Below, in pieces: positions 8,612-18,509 of a stretch of 64,000 bases of DNA. This DNA comes from an uncultured Chloroflexia bacterium. Its GTDB lineage: Bacteria; Chloroflexota; Anaerolineae; CG2-30-64-16. The notes under the pieces were generated by a model, which was given only the letters and a program-made list of their open reading frames with translations, ran no database searches and was not told the DNA's origin. The stretch covers positions 1,358,441 through 1,422,440 of the forward strand of contig CAWIPK010000003.1 of NCBI GenBank assembly GCA_963837925.1, read 5' to 3'. Both the position numbers and the translations under genes were made by a program. Each line of letters begins with the position of its first letter. Position 1 is the first letter of the stretch.

Positions 8612-10741
8612 ATGGCAATCACGAGGATCTGGCCAGGTCGTCCTTCCCCGCTGGGCGCGACCTGGGACGGCGCGGGAGTAAACTTCGCGCTCTTTTCGGC
8701 TGCGGCCGAACGCGTCGAACTTTGCCTTTTCGACGGGTCCGATGGCGCGGACGAGGAACGCATTTCGGTGACCGAATGCACGGACCAGGTGTGGCACTGC
8801 TACCTGCCCGCGATACGTCCCGGGCAGTTGTACGGCTACCGGGTGTACGGGCCCTACCTGCCAGAAGAAGGCTGCCGCTTCAATCCCCATAAACTGCTGA
8901 TGGACCCCTATGCTAAGGCGCTATCGGGCCACCTGCGCTGGGATGACGCGCTGTTCGGCTACACGATCGGTCACCCCGGCGCCGACCTCTCTTTTGACGA
9001 ACGGGATAGTGCGCCGTTCATGCCCAAAGGCATGGTGGTCGACCCGGCTTTCAGTTGGGGCGGCGATGAGCCTCCCGCCACACCCTGGCACAAGACGATC
9101 ATCTACGAGCTGCACGTCAAGGGCTTTAGCGCGCGCCACCCGGACGTTCCTGAGCATCTGCGCGGCACTTATGCTGGCCTGGCACAGCCGGCAGTCATCG
9201 ACTATCTCCTCAAGTTGGGCATCACCGCCGTCGAGCTGATGCCGGTCCAGCAATTTGTGATCGACAAGTACTTGCTGGACAAAGGCCTGACCAATTATTG
9301 GGGCTACAACTCGATCGGCTTCTTTGCGCCGGAGGTCCGTTACAGCAGCAGCGGGAATCTTGGCCAGCAGGTCACCGAGTTCAAGACGCTGGTCAAGACG
9401 CTGCACCGCGAGGGGATCGAGGTGATCCTGGACGTTGTCTACAACCATACCGGAGAGGGCAATGAGCTAGGGCCGACCCTCTCATTTCGCGGTATCGACA
9501 ATCAGGCCTATTACCGCTTGGTGAACGACGACCCGCGCTATTACTTCGATTACACCGGGACCGGCAACACCCTCAACGCGCGCAGCCCGCGCACGCTGCA
9601 GTTGATCATGGACAGCCTGCGGTACTGGGTGCAGGAGATGCACGTCGACGGCTTCCGCTTCGACCTGGCCTCGGCGCTGGCGCGCGGGCTGAACGAGGTG
9701 GACCGGCTGGGTGCCTTCTTCGACATTATCCACCAGGATCCGATCCTCTCACAGGTAAAGCTGATCGCCGAGCCATGGGATGTGGGGGAAGGCGGGTATC
9801 AGGTGGGGAATTTCCCGGTGCTGTGGGCCGAGTGGAACGGCGAGTATCGCGACCAGATGCGCGGCTTCTGGAAAGCCGATCCGGGGCTAAAAGGCGCCGT
9901 GGCCTACCGCCTGACCGGCAGCAGCGATCTTTACGAGCAAGGCGGGCGCCACCCCTACGCGAGCATCAACTTCATCGCCGCACACGACGGCTTCACGCTG
10001 GCCGACCTGGTCAGCTACAACGAAAAACACAACGAAGCCAACGGGGAAGACAATCGCGACGGGCACAACAACAACCTGAGCTGGAACTGCGGCGTAGAGG
10101 GCCCGACCGACGATCCAAACATCCTCGATCTGCGTTACCGGCAGATGCGCAACTTTATCGCTACCCTGATGCTCTCCCAGGGAGTGCCAATGCTGCAAGC
10201 GGGAGATGAGATCGCGCGCACCCAGTACGGCAATAACAACGCCTATTGCCAGGACAATGGCATCTCCTGGATCGACTGGGAGATCGACGGACGTTGCGAG
10301 AACCTGCTCGAGTTCACCCGCTACATGATCGAGCTGTTCCACAAACACCCGGCCCTGCACCGGCGCAAGTTTTTCCAGGGTAAGCCGATCCGCGGCTCAG
10401 AGGTCAAGGACCTGACCTGGTTCCGGCCGGACGGGCAGGAAATGCAGGAGCAGGACTGGCAGAATCACACGAACGCTCTCGGACTGCGGCTCGCCGGCGA
10501 CGCCCTCGACGAGGTCGACGATCGGGGACACCACCTTACCGATGATACGCTGCTGGTGTTGCTGAACGCGGACTGGCGCGCAGTTCACTTCATGCTGCCT
10601 GCCCAGGCAGAAGACACGCATTGGGAGCTGCTCGTGGACACGCGTGAACCGGTCCCCGGCGGGAGGCATCACACGCTGCGCGGCGGCCACAAGCACAAGC
10701 TGGAACCGCGCTCACTGCTCCTGTTCCGGCTAGCACGCTAG
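8612..10741 (+). CDS. glgX: Glycogen debranching enzyme GlgX (GH13 isoamylase-type)
   Basis: N-terminus [29 protein letters not shown] and the conserved GH13 regions ([36 protein letters not shown]) are all present. The protein is 709 aa. ATG at 8612 (M39 of ORF 8498) has AGGAGC upstream. Confidence 0.9.
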   Translation: MAITRIWPGRPSPLGATWDGAGVNFALFSAAAERVELCLFDGSDGADEERISVTECTDQVWHCYLPAIRPGQLYGYRVYGPYLPEEGCRFNPHKLLMDPYAKALSGHLRWDDALFGYTIGHPGADLSFDERDSAPFMPKGMVVDPAFSWGGDEPPATPWHKTIIYELHVKGFSARHPDVPEHLRGTYAGLAQPAVIDYLLKLGITAVELMPVQQFVIDKYLLDKGLTNYWGYNSIGFFAPEVRYSSSGNLGQQVTEFKTLVKTLHREGIEVILDVVYNHTGEGNELGPTLSFRGIDNQAYYRLVNDDPRYYFDYTGTGNTLNARSPRTLQLIMDSLRYWVQEMHVDGFRFDLASALARGLNEVDRLGAFFDIIHQDPILSQVKLIAEPWDVGEGGYQVGNFPVLWAEWNGEYRDQMRGFWKADPGLKGAVAYRLTGSSDLYEQGGRHPYASINFIAAHDGFTLADLVSYNEKHNEANGEDNRDGHNNNLSWNCGVEGPTDDPNILDLRYRQMRNFIATLMLSQGVPMLQAGDEIARTQYGNNNAYCQDNGISWIDWEIDGRCENLLEFTRYMIELFHKHPALHRRKFFQGKPIRGSEVKDLTWFRPDGQEMQEQDWQNHTNALGLRLAGDALDEVDDRGHHLTDDTLLVLLNADWRAVHFMLPAQAEDTHWELLVDTREPVPGGRHHTLRGGHKHKLEPRSLLLFRLAR

Positions 10742-10772
10742 GCAGCGCCGGCCAGCCGGCTCCTGCATCAGA

Positions 10773-11753
10773 TCAGCGCACGAGTTGCTCGGCGTAGGCG
10801 AACAAGGCGGGAGAGCCGCCGGTATGCCAGAAGAGGATGGTCTCGTCTTTGCCGAACTCGCCCTTGCGGATCAGATCGAGCAGGCCGGCCATGGCGCGCC
10901 CCGTATAAACTGGGTCGAGCAAGATCCCCTCGTAACGCGCCATCATCTCGATCGCTTCCCGCTCCGGCTGACCCATGACCGCGTATCCTCCACCGAGATA
11001 GCCGTCGTAAACCGTCGCCTCGCCGGGCGAAAAGGACGGATCCAACCCCAGACGGCCAAGCGCGGCGCCGGCAATGGCCGCCACAGCAGCGCTCAGCTCG
11101 ACACGGTCGCTGTCAATCGCGATCGCAGCCAGTTGGCCGCGGAAACCGATAGCCTTAGCGCCCGCGCACAGCCCAGCCTGCGTGCCGGCCGAGCTGCTGG
11201 CGAAGACCACGCGATCGACCCGGATCTCGCGCTCCCGCAACTGGCCGTCAAGCTCCTCGATGGCCGCCACGAATCCAAGCGCCCCGACCTCGTTCGAGGC
11301 GCCGACCGGGATCAGGTAGGGCCGCCGGCCGTCAGCCGCTTCCTTCTCGAAGACGGCTGCGCCCACTTCCTCACGCGTTTGCTCGCCGGCGAACACAACC
11401 TCGGCGCCGAGCAAGTGATCGAGGAGCAGGTTGCCGTTCCAGGCCGCGGGCGGATTCCCGCGCAGCACCAAGACGCAGCGCAGGCCACAACGCGCCGCGG
11501 CGGCCGCCGTCTGGCGACAGTGGTTGGACTGAACGGCGCCCAGCGTGACCAGCGTATCCGCCCCCTGCCGCAGCGCGTCGGCGACGCTGAATTCGAGCTT
11601 GCGTGCCTTGTTACCACCGGTGGCCAGGCCGGTCTGATCGTCACGCTTGATGAGCAGCCGCGGCCCGCCAAGGGCCGCGGTCAGTCGAGGCAGTTCCTCC
11701 AACGGAGTCGGCAGGTAGGCCAGCCTCACCCTTGGCAAATGATCAGTGAGCAT
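10773..11753 (-). CDS. PLP-dependent D-cysteine desulfhydrase / 1-aminocyclopropane-1-carboxylate deaminase family enzyme
   Basis: [14 protein letters not shown]...[21 protein letters not shown] (PLP-lysine motif GGNKxRKLE). Start taken at M37 of ORF 10773..11861. Confidence 0.8.
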   Translation of the reverse strand: MLTDHLPRVRLAYLPTPLEELPRLTAALGGPRLLIKRDDQTGLATGGNKARKLEFSVADALRQGADTLVTLGAVQSNHCRQTAAAAARCGLRCVLVLRGNPPAAWNGNLLLDHLLGAEVVFAGEQTREEVGAAVFEKEAADGRRPYLIPVGASNEVGALGFVAAIEELDGQLREREIRVDRVVFASSSAGTQAGLCAGAKAIGFRGQLAAIAIDSDRVELSAAVAAIAGAALGRLGLDPSFSPGEATVYDGYLGGGYAVMGQPEREAIEMMARYEGILLDPVYTGRAMAGLLDLIRKGEFGKDETILFWHTGGSPALFAYAEQLVR

Positions 11754-12288
11754 GAGACACGTCTTCTCGGCTGCTGAATGGTTGTCGGACTGCCCTGACC
11801 CTGGAAAGGTGTCAGACAGGCGCATCAGACAACGTGCTGGAGAGCTACCTGCGTATATCATGACAACTGGCGCTTGTCAACAGTGCCCGGGCGCTCGAAC
11901 AAATCCTGCCCTGAGAGACCGCCGCCCGAACCGCCAGGTGCCTTGGACCCCGTCATTAGTAGCTGAAATCAGCCTGGTGCAACAGCGCCCGCCGCTGCGG
12001 CCAGGCCGTTATGGTGAGACTGCGCGGCGAGTATTGGCTGCGCAAGCATACAGCATGGTATTCCTCACGCGCCGTGCCGAGACTGAGATTGACCACGGGC
12101 AGCGCGTTGTCCAGAGTGCAGTCCAGAGTTGCGGGTCTGCGGCATCAGGAGGCGCCGGTTGGTGGCGTCGGCCGCCCGGATGGTCGGTGCTGTTACAGCA
12201 TGGAGGGACTGCTGACGGTAACAGTAGCAAAACGGAGACCAGACACGGTCCCCAGACCCTGCAGGGCAACACTTCCAGGAGGCGTGTA

Positions 12289-12675
12289 ATGGCTAGCCAA
12301 CTCGAGCGGAACAAGGCAACCGTCACTGCTTTCTACGACCTGGCCTTCAACCATGGGCGGCCGGCCGAGGCGGTCGAGAAGTACACCGGCGACACATATA
12401 TCCAGCACAATCCGACGGTGGCTGACGGCAAGCAAGCCTTCATCGAATACTTCGACCGCTTGGCGAAGGAGTATCCGGGAAAACGCGTGGAATTCAGGCG
12501 TGTGATCGCCGAGGGGAATTATGTAGTATGTCACTGCTATCAGGAGTGGCCGGGGGAGGAAATCTGGGCCAGTATCGACATTTTCCGGCTGGACGACGAC
12601 GGCAGGATCGTCGAACACTGGGACGTGCTGCAGGCCGTGCCGAAAGAATCGGCGAATGACAACACGATGTTCTAG
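12289..12675 (+). CDS. SnoaL-like / NTF2-superfamily protein (ester cyclase-like)
   Basis: [42 protein letters not shown]...IVEHWDVLQ is a typical SnoaL_2 pattern. ATG at 12289 is preceded by GGAGG. The upstream part of ORF 11746 is spurious. Confidence 0.65.
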   Translation: MASQLERNKATVTAFYDLAFNHGRPAEAVEKYTGDTYIQHNPTVADGKQAFIEYFDRLAKEYPGKRVEFRRVIAEGNYVVCHCYQEWPGEEIWASIDIFRLDDDGRIVEHWDVLQAVPKESANDNTMF

Positions 12676-12681
12676 CCTGCT

Positions 12682-13518
12682 CTAGCCCAGCGCGCGGCGT
12701 GGCCCAACCATCAGCCCCGGCTGGCAGGTGCGGCAGAAGTTGGTCGCCCGGCGCTCGCGCCTGACTTCGCTGATCGGGCTGCCACAGCGCGGGCAGGGCC
12801 GGCCAGGCTTGCCGTGGACGGCCAGAAAATCACGCACTTCGACGTCGATGTTCTCGCCCACCCGGGCGCGCAGCGTGTCGATCGCCTCGCCCAGCACTGA
12901 GCGCATGGCGGCGTAGAGTGCGGCCCCCTCGTCTGCGCTCAGGTCCGCTCGCCGCCGAAAGGGGTAGATGCGAGCCGCCCAGAGGACCTCGTCGGCATAG
13001 GCGTTGCCGATGCCGGCCACGAAGGCCTGGTTGGTCAGGATGCCCTTGATCTCGCCGTGGTGACGGCGCAGTCGCGCCCGAAAGACTTCCAGCGTCAGGC
13101 CGGGATCGGTCGCCTCCGGACCTTGCCCGGCGAAAGCCGGCACCTGCTCCAGGTCACTGGTTATGTAAATCTTACCCATGTCTTCCGCATCATGGTAGCG
13201 CAGCTCGCGGCCGTCATCCAGCGTCAGGACCAGCGCATCGCGGGTGCGGTCGCGCTTGAGCGGCGCGGCGAAGCGCAGCCGGCCGGCGAGCATCGGGTTG
13301 ATTACCAGGGCGACGTCGCCGTCAAGCCCAAGGATCAGGAACTTGCCCCGGCGGGCAACTGAAACGAAGCGTCGCCCTACCAGGGCCGCACCGGGATCGC
13401 CGCCCAGAAAGTTGCGCACGATGAGTGGGCGGCGCACCTGCGCCGCAAGCACGGTTGCTCCGGGCAGGCGTGGGGCCAGATACTCGCGGATCACTTCCAG
13501 GTCGGGCAGCTCGGGCAT
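12682..13518 (-). CDS. Formamidopyrimidine-DNA glycosylase / endonuclease VIII (Fpg/Nei family)
   Basis: N-terminal MPELPDLEV (catalytic Pro2/Glu3) and C-terminal zinc finger CPRCGSPISEVRRERRATNFCRTCQ. Confidence 0.85.
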   Translation of the reverse strand: MPELPDLEVIREYLAPRLPGATVLAAQVRRPLIVRNFLGGDPGAALVGRRFVSVARRGKFLILGLDGDVALVINPMLAGRLRFAAPLKRDRTRDALVLTLDDGRELRYHDAEDMGKIYITSDLEQVPAFAGQGPEATDPGLTLEVFRARLRRHHGEIKGILTNQAFVAGIGNAYADEVLWAARIYPFRRRADLSADEGAALYAAMRSVLGEAIDTLRARVGENIDVEVRDFLAVHGKPGRPCPRCGSPISEVRRERRATNFCRTCQPGLMVGPRRALG

Positions 13519-13781
13519 GGTCACCTCGTGGCCACATATGCCCCGCTATTATAGCATGACGGCGCGCCGGCGCGCTTTCAGGTCCCTGCTTGAGTCTAGT
13601 CCCGCGCGGGGGCCTGACTCAGCGGGACCGGCCCGCTTTGCTTCCGCGCCAAGATGCAGGTATCATCGGCGGCGGTGAGGCGTTCCGCCTGTCCCCGGAT
13701 GTCCCCTAGCCAAAGGAGGCGCGCCCTTGCGATGTCTGTCCCTCGTCTCGCGGCTCTGCATGGGGCTGCTCGTGTTCCTGA

Positions 13782-14075
13782 CGCTGGCCCTGCGGGCGAG
13801 CGCCAAAGGCGCGCCCTATCGGATCGGTTTGGGGAAAGAACGACCTGACCGGCACGCCGATCCCATCCATCTCGGGCCACCTGATGGTGCTGGTAGGCTT
13901 CGACAGCTTTGAGAACCCGATCGTCAATGACCCAGCCGCGGCCTCAGACGAAGGTCCGCAGGCCATACCAGCGGACGGAGTTCGAGACGCTGTGGCTGCT
14001 AGCGTCGGGCGGGACGGCGTACTTGATCTATCCGGAGGGGGCTGCGGCCCCCGGCTTCCAGATGATCCCATCGTG
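13782..14075 (+). pseudogene. Remnant of the C-terminal part of a C39-like (papain-fold) peptidase domain, frameshifted and lacking the N-terminal Cys-box region
   Basis: Frame 0 encodes ...GTPIPSISGHLMVLVGFDSFENPIVNDPAA (His-box GH..v.GyD...NDP). Frame +1 continues ...YQRTEFETLWLLASGGTAYLIYPEG. There is no upstream coding sequence; the Fpg gene starts at 13518. Confidence 0.3.
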
Positions 14076-14098
14076 GACGGAAAGGGAAAGGTGCCATC

Positions 14099-15271
14099 GT
14101 GAAGCGCGTGCACCTCTTCATCACTCTGGCTGCGGCGCCGGTGCTCCTGGCAGCACTGCTGTTGACGACCGGCCTGGCCCGAGCCGGCGGCATCGGTGGC
14201 CAGGAGACGAAACTGGATCAGGGCGGCGCGGCTTACGATCTCAACGCCGACGCCGACGGCAACCTGTGGCTGAGCGACCTTGGCGGCAACCAGATCTGGC
14301 AGATCGAGCCCGCCAGCGGCGCGTACACGATCTATCACGGCATCGAGGCCGCCAGCGATGCAGGGCTCGATGCCGTCGGCAGGTTGTGGTGGGCCAATGG
14401 CCGTATGGACGGCGGGGTGGGGCGCATCTCCTCCGGGTCAGTCACAACCTGGGCGATTGAAGGAGCAGATTTCCTATGGGGCCTCGACGTCGACGATGCC
14501 GGCACAGTCTGGGTAAGCAATGCCGCCGGCGTCGCCGGCACCGTATACAGCCTGAAGGTCGGGGCGGGAGACGAGGCCGAGCTATGCGGCTATGCGCTGC
14601 CCGATCAGGGGGCAAGCGATTACGTCCTCGTGCGTGCCGGCAAGGTCTGGCTGGGCGACAACATCAACTCGCGCATCCTGAGGCTCGACCCCGATCCGGC
14701 TGTCAGGGCCTTCACCATATGGGAGATGCCGAACGGGCAGTTGCCGGACAGGCCGTCCCCGCAGGGCATGCTGTGGGATGGGGCGGGGTACCTGTGGTGG
14801 GCCGACGACGGCCTGGGCACACTGAACCGTCTGGAGCCGGGAGCGAACCGCCTGACCAGCTACTTACTGCCATATGAGGCCTCGCCAGAGATGATCGCGC
14901 TAGACGAAGGGCTGATCGGGTATACGGAAAGCCAAAGCGACACTGTCGGGGTCCTGGATCCGGCGCGCGCCCAGGCAGCCGTGTCGACGTTGAGCGTGAG
15001 CACCGTGGCGGCAACGCCAAGCTGCCAGACGGTGAGCGGGCATGACGGTGGGCCGGCCAGCCTTACGCACGGCACGGCGGTGTGGGTAGATACAAGCTAC
15101 CCGACCATCGCCAACAGCGGCGGGTGGCGAGCCTACCAGCTCCCCGAACAGACTTTCCCCTGGGGCATGGCGATAACCGATCGGCAGGCGTGGGCTGTCG
15201 ATCAGCGCCGGCAAGTGCTGCTGCGACTGCCGGTGGGAGGCAGGACCTATCTGCCCGTGCTCAGGCGCTAG
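14099..15271 (+). CDS. Secreted beta-propeller repeat protein (Vgb/streptogramin-lyase-like repeats)
   Basis: Signal peptide MKRVHLFITLAAAPVLLAALLLTTGLARA, then repeated DxDGNLWxSD / GRLWWAN / GTVWVSN blades. Confidence 0.6.
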   Translation: MKRVHLFITLAAAPVLLAALLLTTGLARAGGIGGQETKLDQGGAAYDLNADADGNLWLSDLGGNQIWQIEPASGAYTIYHGIEAASDAGLDAVGRLWWANGRMDGGVGRISSGSVTTWAIEGADFLWGLDVDDAGTVWVSNAAGVAGTVYSLKVGAGDEAELCGYALPDQGASDYVLVRAGKVWLGDNINSRILRLDPDPAVRAFTIWEMPNGQLPDRPSPQGMLWDGAGYLWWADDGLGTLNRLEPGANRLTSYLLPYEASPEMIALDEGLIGYTESQSDTVGVLDPARAQAAVSTLSVSTVAATPSCQTVSGHDGGPASLTHGTAVWVDTSYPTIANSGGWRAYQLPEQTFPWGMAITDRQAWAVDQRRQVLLRLPVGGRTYLPVLRR

Positions 15272-15409
15272 CAGGTGGCAGCAGGCGAGCCACTGGCGGT
15301 CCTCCCGGGCGAGTATACCATCACCGAAGCCGGTTCTGACGACTATAACCCGAGCTGAGAATAGGCTGCAAATGGCACGGAATCCGACGGTCCCGGCTCA
15401 TCGTTTTCC

Positions 15410-15637
15410 TTGAACCTCCTGGATCAGCACATCGCGGAGTGCATCTTCACTGATGCGGCCAAGCCGGGCACCCTGACCGTGAAGAAAGTGGTGGTCACCG
15501 ACAACGGTGGGACGAAAACCGCCGAAGGCTTCAGCTTCAATGGCAATGGCGGCGACCCGGGCAGACGGATCGATCACCCTCAAGGTAGGCAATGTGAAGC
15601 AGTGTACAATGTAAATTGTGCCAGACGACGGAGGTGA
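15410..15637 (+). pseudogene. Fragment of a prealbumin-fold (CnaB/SpaA/SdrD-B-like) cell-surface domain
   Basis: GTLTVKKVVVTDNGGTKTAEGFSFNG matches the pattern of isopeptide/adhesin B-type domains. It is only ~75 codons with no N- or C-terminal context, and an alternative frame continues with ...SITLKVGNV. Confidence 0.25.
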
Positions 15638-15639
15638 GC

Positions 15640-16314
15640 ATGGACTTCGAGGCGTTACTGGCGTTCCTCTCCGGGCTCGCACAGAACAACAACAAGGCCT
15701 GGCTCGAGGCGCACCGCGAGACCTACGCCGCGCTGCGCGGGCAGTTCCTGGGCCTGGTCACACGCGTGCTGGACGGCATCACGCTGTTCGACGCCCAGGT
15801 GGGGATCGTCGAGCCGAAAGATTGCCTGTACCGCATCAACCGCGACATCCGCTTCTCGCCCGACAAGAGCCCCTACAAGACGTATTTCAGCGCCGGCATC
15901 TGCCCGCAGGGGCGCAGCAGCAACATGCCGGGCTACTACTTCCACATCTCGGACAAGGCTGAGTTCCTGGCCGCGGGTGGGATCTATATGCCCGAGCCGC
16001 GCCAGCTCGCCCTCATCCGCCGGCACATCGCCGAGCAGCCGGCACGGCTGGCGGCGGTGCTCGAGGCGCCAGAATTTGTGGCGACGTTCGGGACGCTGGA
16101 GGGCGAGCGGCTAAAGCGCCCGCCCCAGGGGTTCGACGAGAGCACGCCCTACATTGAGATGATCAAGCTGAAGAGCTTCTCGGTCGGGCGCGTGCTGTCA
16201 GGCTGGCGAGACGGGCCCGAGCGCGCGGCAGATCAGGCGATCTCCACCTTCCGTGCCATGTACCCGCTGGTCAACTGGCTGCGCGAGGCCCTGGGGGGCT
16301 GGGAACGGGAATGA
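15640..16314 (+). CDS. DUF2461 (TIGR02453) family protein
   Basis: YRINRDIRFSPDKSPYKTYFSAG and FHISDKAEFLAAGGIYMPEP are hallmark motifs. ATG is at M9 of ORF 15616. Confidence 0.75.
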   Translation: MDFEALLAFLSGLAQNNNKAWLEAHRETYAALRGQFLGLVTRVLDGITLFDAQVGIVEPKDCLYRINRDIRFSPDKSPYKTYFSAGICPQGRSSNMPGYYFHISDKAEFLAAGGIYMPEPRQLALIRRHIAEQPARLAAVLEAPEFVATFGTLEGERLKRPPQGFDESTPYIEMIKLKSFSVGRVLSGWRDGPERAADQAISTFRAMYPLVNWLREALGGWERE

Positions 16315-16378
16315 GTGACAAAAGTCCCTGACAGATGAGCGAGGACATGCTACCCTGACCAAGACCAGGAGGTAACTC

Positions 16379-16642
16379 ATGTCCAACGCCTATTGTCCCG
16401 GCTCGTCCGCCCTCAAGGGCACACCCACCCTGACCATCAAGACCTGCCCGCAGTGCGGGGCCGACGTCGAGCTGTTCTCCATCGACCTCAAAGTGGCCTG
16501 TGATCGCTGTGGCTTTGTGGTCTACAACAACGTCCAATCCTGCATCCAGTGGTGCCAGTACGCGGAAGCCTGCGTCGGACCAGAGATGTACGAGCGCTAC
16601 AAACGCAAGCCGGCGGCCGGCAGCGAGAGAAAGCCGAGCTGA
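16379..16642 (+). CDS. Cys-rich zinc-ribbon small protein (8 Cys in 87 aa)
   Basis: CPGSS...CPQCGADVELF...CDRCGFVV...CIQWCQYAEAC. Its stop lies 2 nt before the ATG of the next gene, suggesting translational coupling. Confidence 0.5.
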   Translation: MSNAYCPGSSALKGTPTLTIKTCPQCGADVELFSIDLKVACDRCGFVVYNNVQSCIQWCQYAEACVGPEMYERYKRKPAAGSERKPS

Positions 16643-16644
16643 AG

Positions 16645-17475
16645 ATGACGAAGACCAGGCGGCAAATGATCCGGGTCGACGAGGAGAAGTGCGACGGCTG
16701 CGGCCAGTGCCTGCCCGGCTGCCCTGAAGGGGCGCTCCAGGTGGTCGCGGGCAAAGCGCGGCTGGTGCGTGAGAGCTACTGCGACGGGCTGGGCGCCTGT
16801 CTCGGCGAATGTCCGAACGGCGCCCTCAGCGTGGTCGAGCTCGAATCTCCACCCTACGATGAACCGGCCGTGCTCGCGCACCTGCAGCAAACGGCGCCCG
16901 AAGCGCTGGACAGGCACCTGGCACATCTACGCGAACATGCGCCCGAGCTGGCGGAAGAGGCCAAGAGAGCACTGGCAAACGGCGGCCGTCCTGAGCCGGC
17001 GGCCTGTGCGACGCCGCCCGGTATGGCGGGCCGCCCGTCCGCCGAGATACACTTGTGGCCGCCGGATGAAGCGGAGGCCCTCGACAGACAGGCTCCGGCT
17101 GCGCCCCGAGCGCGCCTGTCCTCGGAGCTGAGACAATGGCCGGTGCAGCTGCGGCTGCTGCCGGTGCGCGCGCCCTTCTTCCAGGGCGCAGACCTGACGT
17201 TGGTGGCCGATTGCGTGCCGTTCGCCAAGCCAAACTTCCATGCGGATGTATTGAAGGGCGCGGCCGTGGCGCTGGGCTGCCCGAAACTGGACGACGCTCA
17301 GGCATACGTGGAGAAACTGGCACAAATCCTCAGCGCGAATGACATCCGCCGCCTTAAGGTCGTCTACATGGAGGTGCCTTGCTGCCGCGGCCTGCTCTGG
17401 ATCGCCGAGCAGGCGCTGGCGCGCAGCTTCAAGCAGCTCCCATATGAGACCGAGTTGGTGCGGATCGGGCTGTAA
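16645..17475 (+). CDS. 2x[4Fe-4S] ferredoxin-domain protein with a ~170-aa C-terminal domain of unknown function
   Basis: CDGCGQCLPGCP and CDGLGACLGECP cluster motifs. The C-terminal domain ...LTLVADCVPFAKPNFHADVLKGAAVALGCPKLDD...VVYMEVPCCRGL has additional conserved Cys residues. Confidence 0.7.
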   Translation: MTKTRRQMIRVDEEKCDGCGQCLPGCPEGALQVVAGKARLVRESYCDGLGACLGECPNGALSVVELESPPYDEPAVLAHLQQTAPEALDRHLAHLREHAPELAEEAKRALANGGRPEPAACATPPGMAGRPSAEIHLWPPDEAEALDRQAPAAPRARLSSELRQWPVQLRLLPVRAPFFQGADLTLVADCVPFAKPNFHADVLKGAAVALGCPKLDDAQAYVEKLAQILSANDIRRLKVVYMEVPCCRGLLWIAEQALARSFKQLPYETELVRIGL

Positions 17476-17596
17476 GCGTGCTGCCCAGGACGAGGATCAG
17501 GGAGTTGTAATCCAATCTACAGTGCCTCCTGCCCAAACCGGCTACCTTTGCATTCGCACTGGCCAGCCAGATCAGCGACGTGACGGAGGCAAGCCG

Positions 17597-17890
17597 ATGG
17601 CAGACAATGGACGCGGTGGGCCACGCGAGGCCACACGCGTCGAAGGGAGCCGCTCTCGCGCTCAGCTAGGCCCGGGCATGCGAGTCGAAGGTTTGGACGG
17701 CAGCCACATCGGACGTGTGAAGACGGTGGAGGAGACGCGCTTTACCCTCGACCGTCCCAAGGGGCCCGACCTGTATGTCCCTATGGAAGCCGTGATGGAG
17801 ATCAGGAACGGCAGCCTGGTGCAACTGCGCATCCCCTCGCACTTGATCCACATGCAAGGCTGGTTGAACACGAAGGGTGGTTATTGGTAA
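17597..17890 (+). CDS. DUF2171 (PRC-barrel-like) domain protein, paralog 1
   Basis: GMRVEGLDGSHIGRVKTVEETRFTLDRPKGPDLYVPMEAV...QGW. GGAGG RBS before the ATG. Confidence 0.55.
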   Translation: MADNGRGGPREATRVEGSRSRAQLGPGMRVEGLDGSHIGRVKTVEETRFTLDRPKGPDLYVPMEAVMEIRNGSLVQLRIPSHLIHMQGWLNTKGGYW

Positions 17891-18213
17891 GGCGCGCGAA
17901 GGCGCCGGCCCTCGGGGTGCCTGTCCCCCGGGAAAGCCGCCCTTGGCAGCGGCTCTTCTGGCCGCCGGGCCGGCGAACCACCCACGTGGCATACCTCTTC
18001 GCCCTGCAAGCGCTGGCGAACGCCGCCGTTCCACGCCTGGTTGCCGGCCGGGGCCCTGGCCCCAACATAACCTCAGGCACCGCGCGCGACCTGTCCGCGC
18101 TTGGAACGCGCCCACTCTCGAAGCAAAAAACCTGCAGTTGGAATTGGGCCAACCGGAAGGGGCGTCGGCAGACGTTATACTCCAGACAAGACATCTCAAA
18201 TGGGGGTCGGGAA

Positions 18214-18498
18214 ATGCCTGTGGACGAAAGCAGCGGTCTGCCGACGGGCGGCTATGCGAGCTGGCACATCGGCTTCGGGATGGATGTGGTCGGCGCCGAC
18301 GGAAGCCGGGTTGGGGAGGTCAAGTTCGTCGGCGACAGCGATTTCCTGGTGGACCGGCCCCTGGCACGCGATATATACGTGCCATACGGCGCCTGCCAGT
18401 CGGTCGAGCCGCACCGGGTGATACTGCGTGTACCGGCCGGTGAGGTCGATAACCAGGGCTGGGCCTATTCTGAGCTGGGTGAGGCACCCGGCGTCTGA
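18214..18498 (+). CDS. DUF2171 (PRC-barrel-like) domain protein, paralog 2
   Basis: GMDVVGADGSRVGEVKFVGDSDFLVDRPLARDIYVPYGAC...QGW matches the DUF2171 core FLVDRPLARDxYVP. It has the same architecture as paralog 1. Confidence 0.6.
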   Translation: MPVDESSGLPTGGYASWHIGFGMDVVGADGSRVGEVKFVGDSDFLVDRPLARDIYVPYGACQSVEPHRVILRVPAGEVDNQGWAYSELGEAPGV

Positions 18499-18509
18499 GG
18501 AGACAAACG

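Noticed and set aside
11746-12675. 309-aa ORF
   Set aside because: Only the last 128 codons (from the ATG at 12289 with GGAGG RBS) resemble a SnoaL-like protein. The upstream 180 codons overlap the divergent promoter region and have no coding signature.
16549-16644. N-terminal extension of the ferredoxin ORF overlapping the zinc-ribbon gene
   Set aside because: The internal ATG at 16645 directly follows the upstream stop and begins the conserved ferredoxin sequence. The extension overlaps the upstream CDS out of frame.
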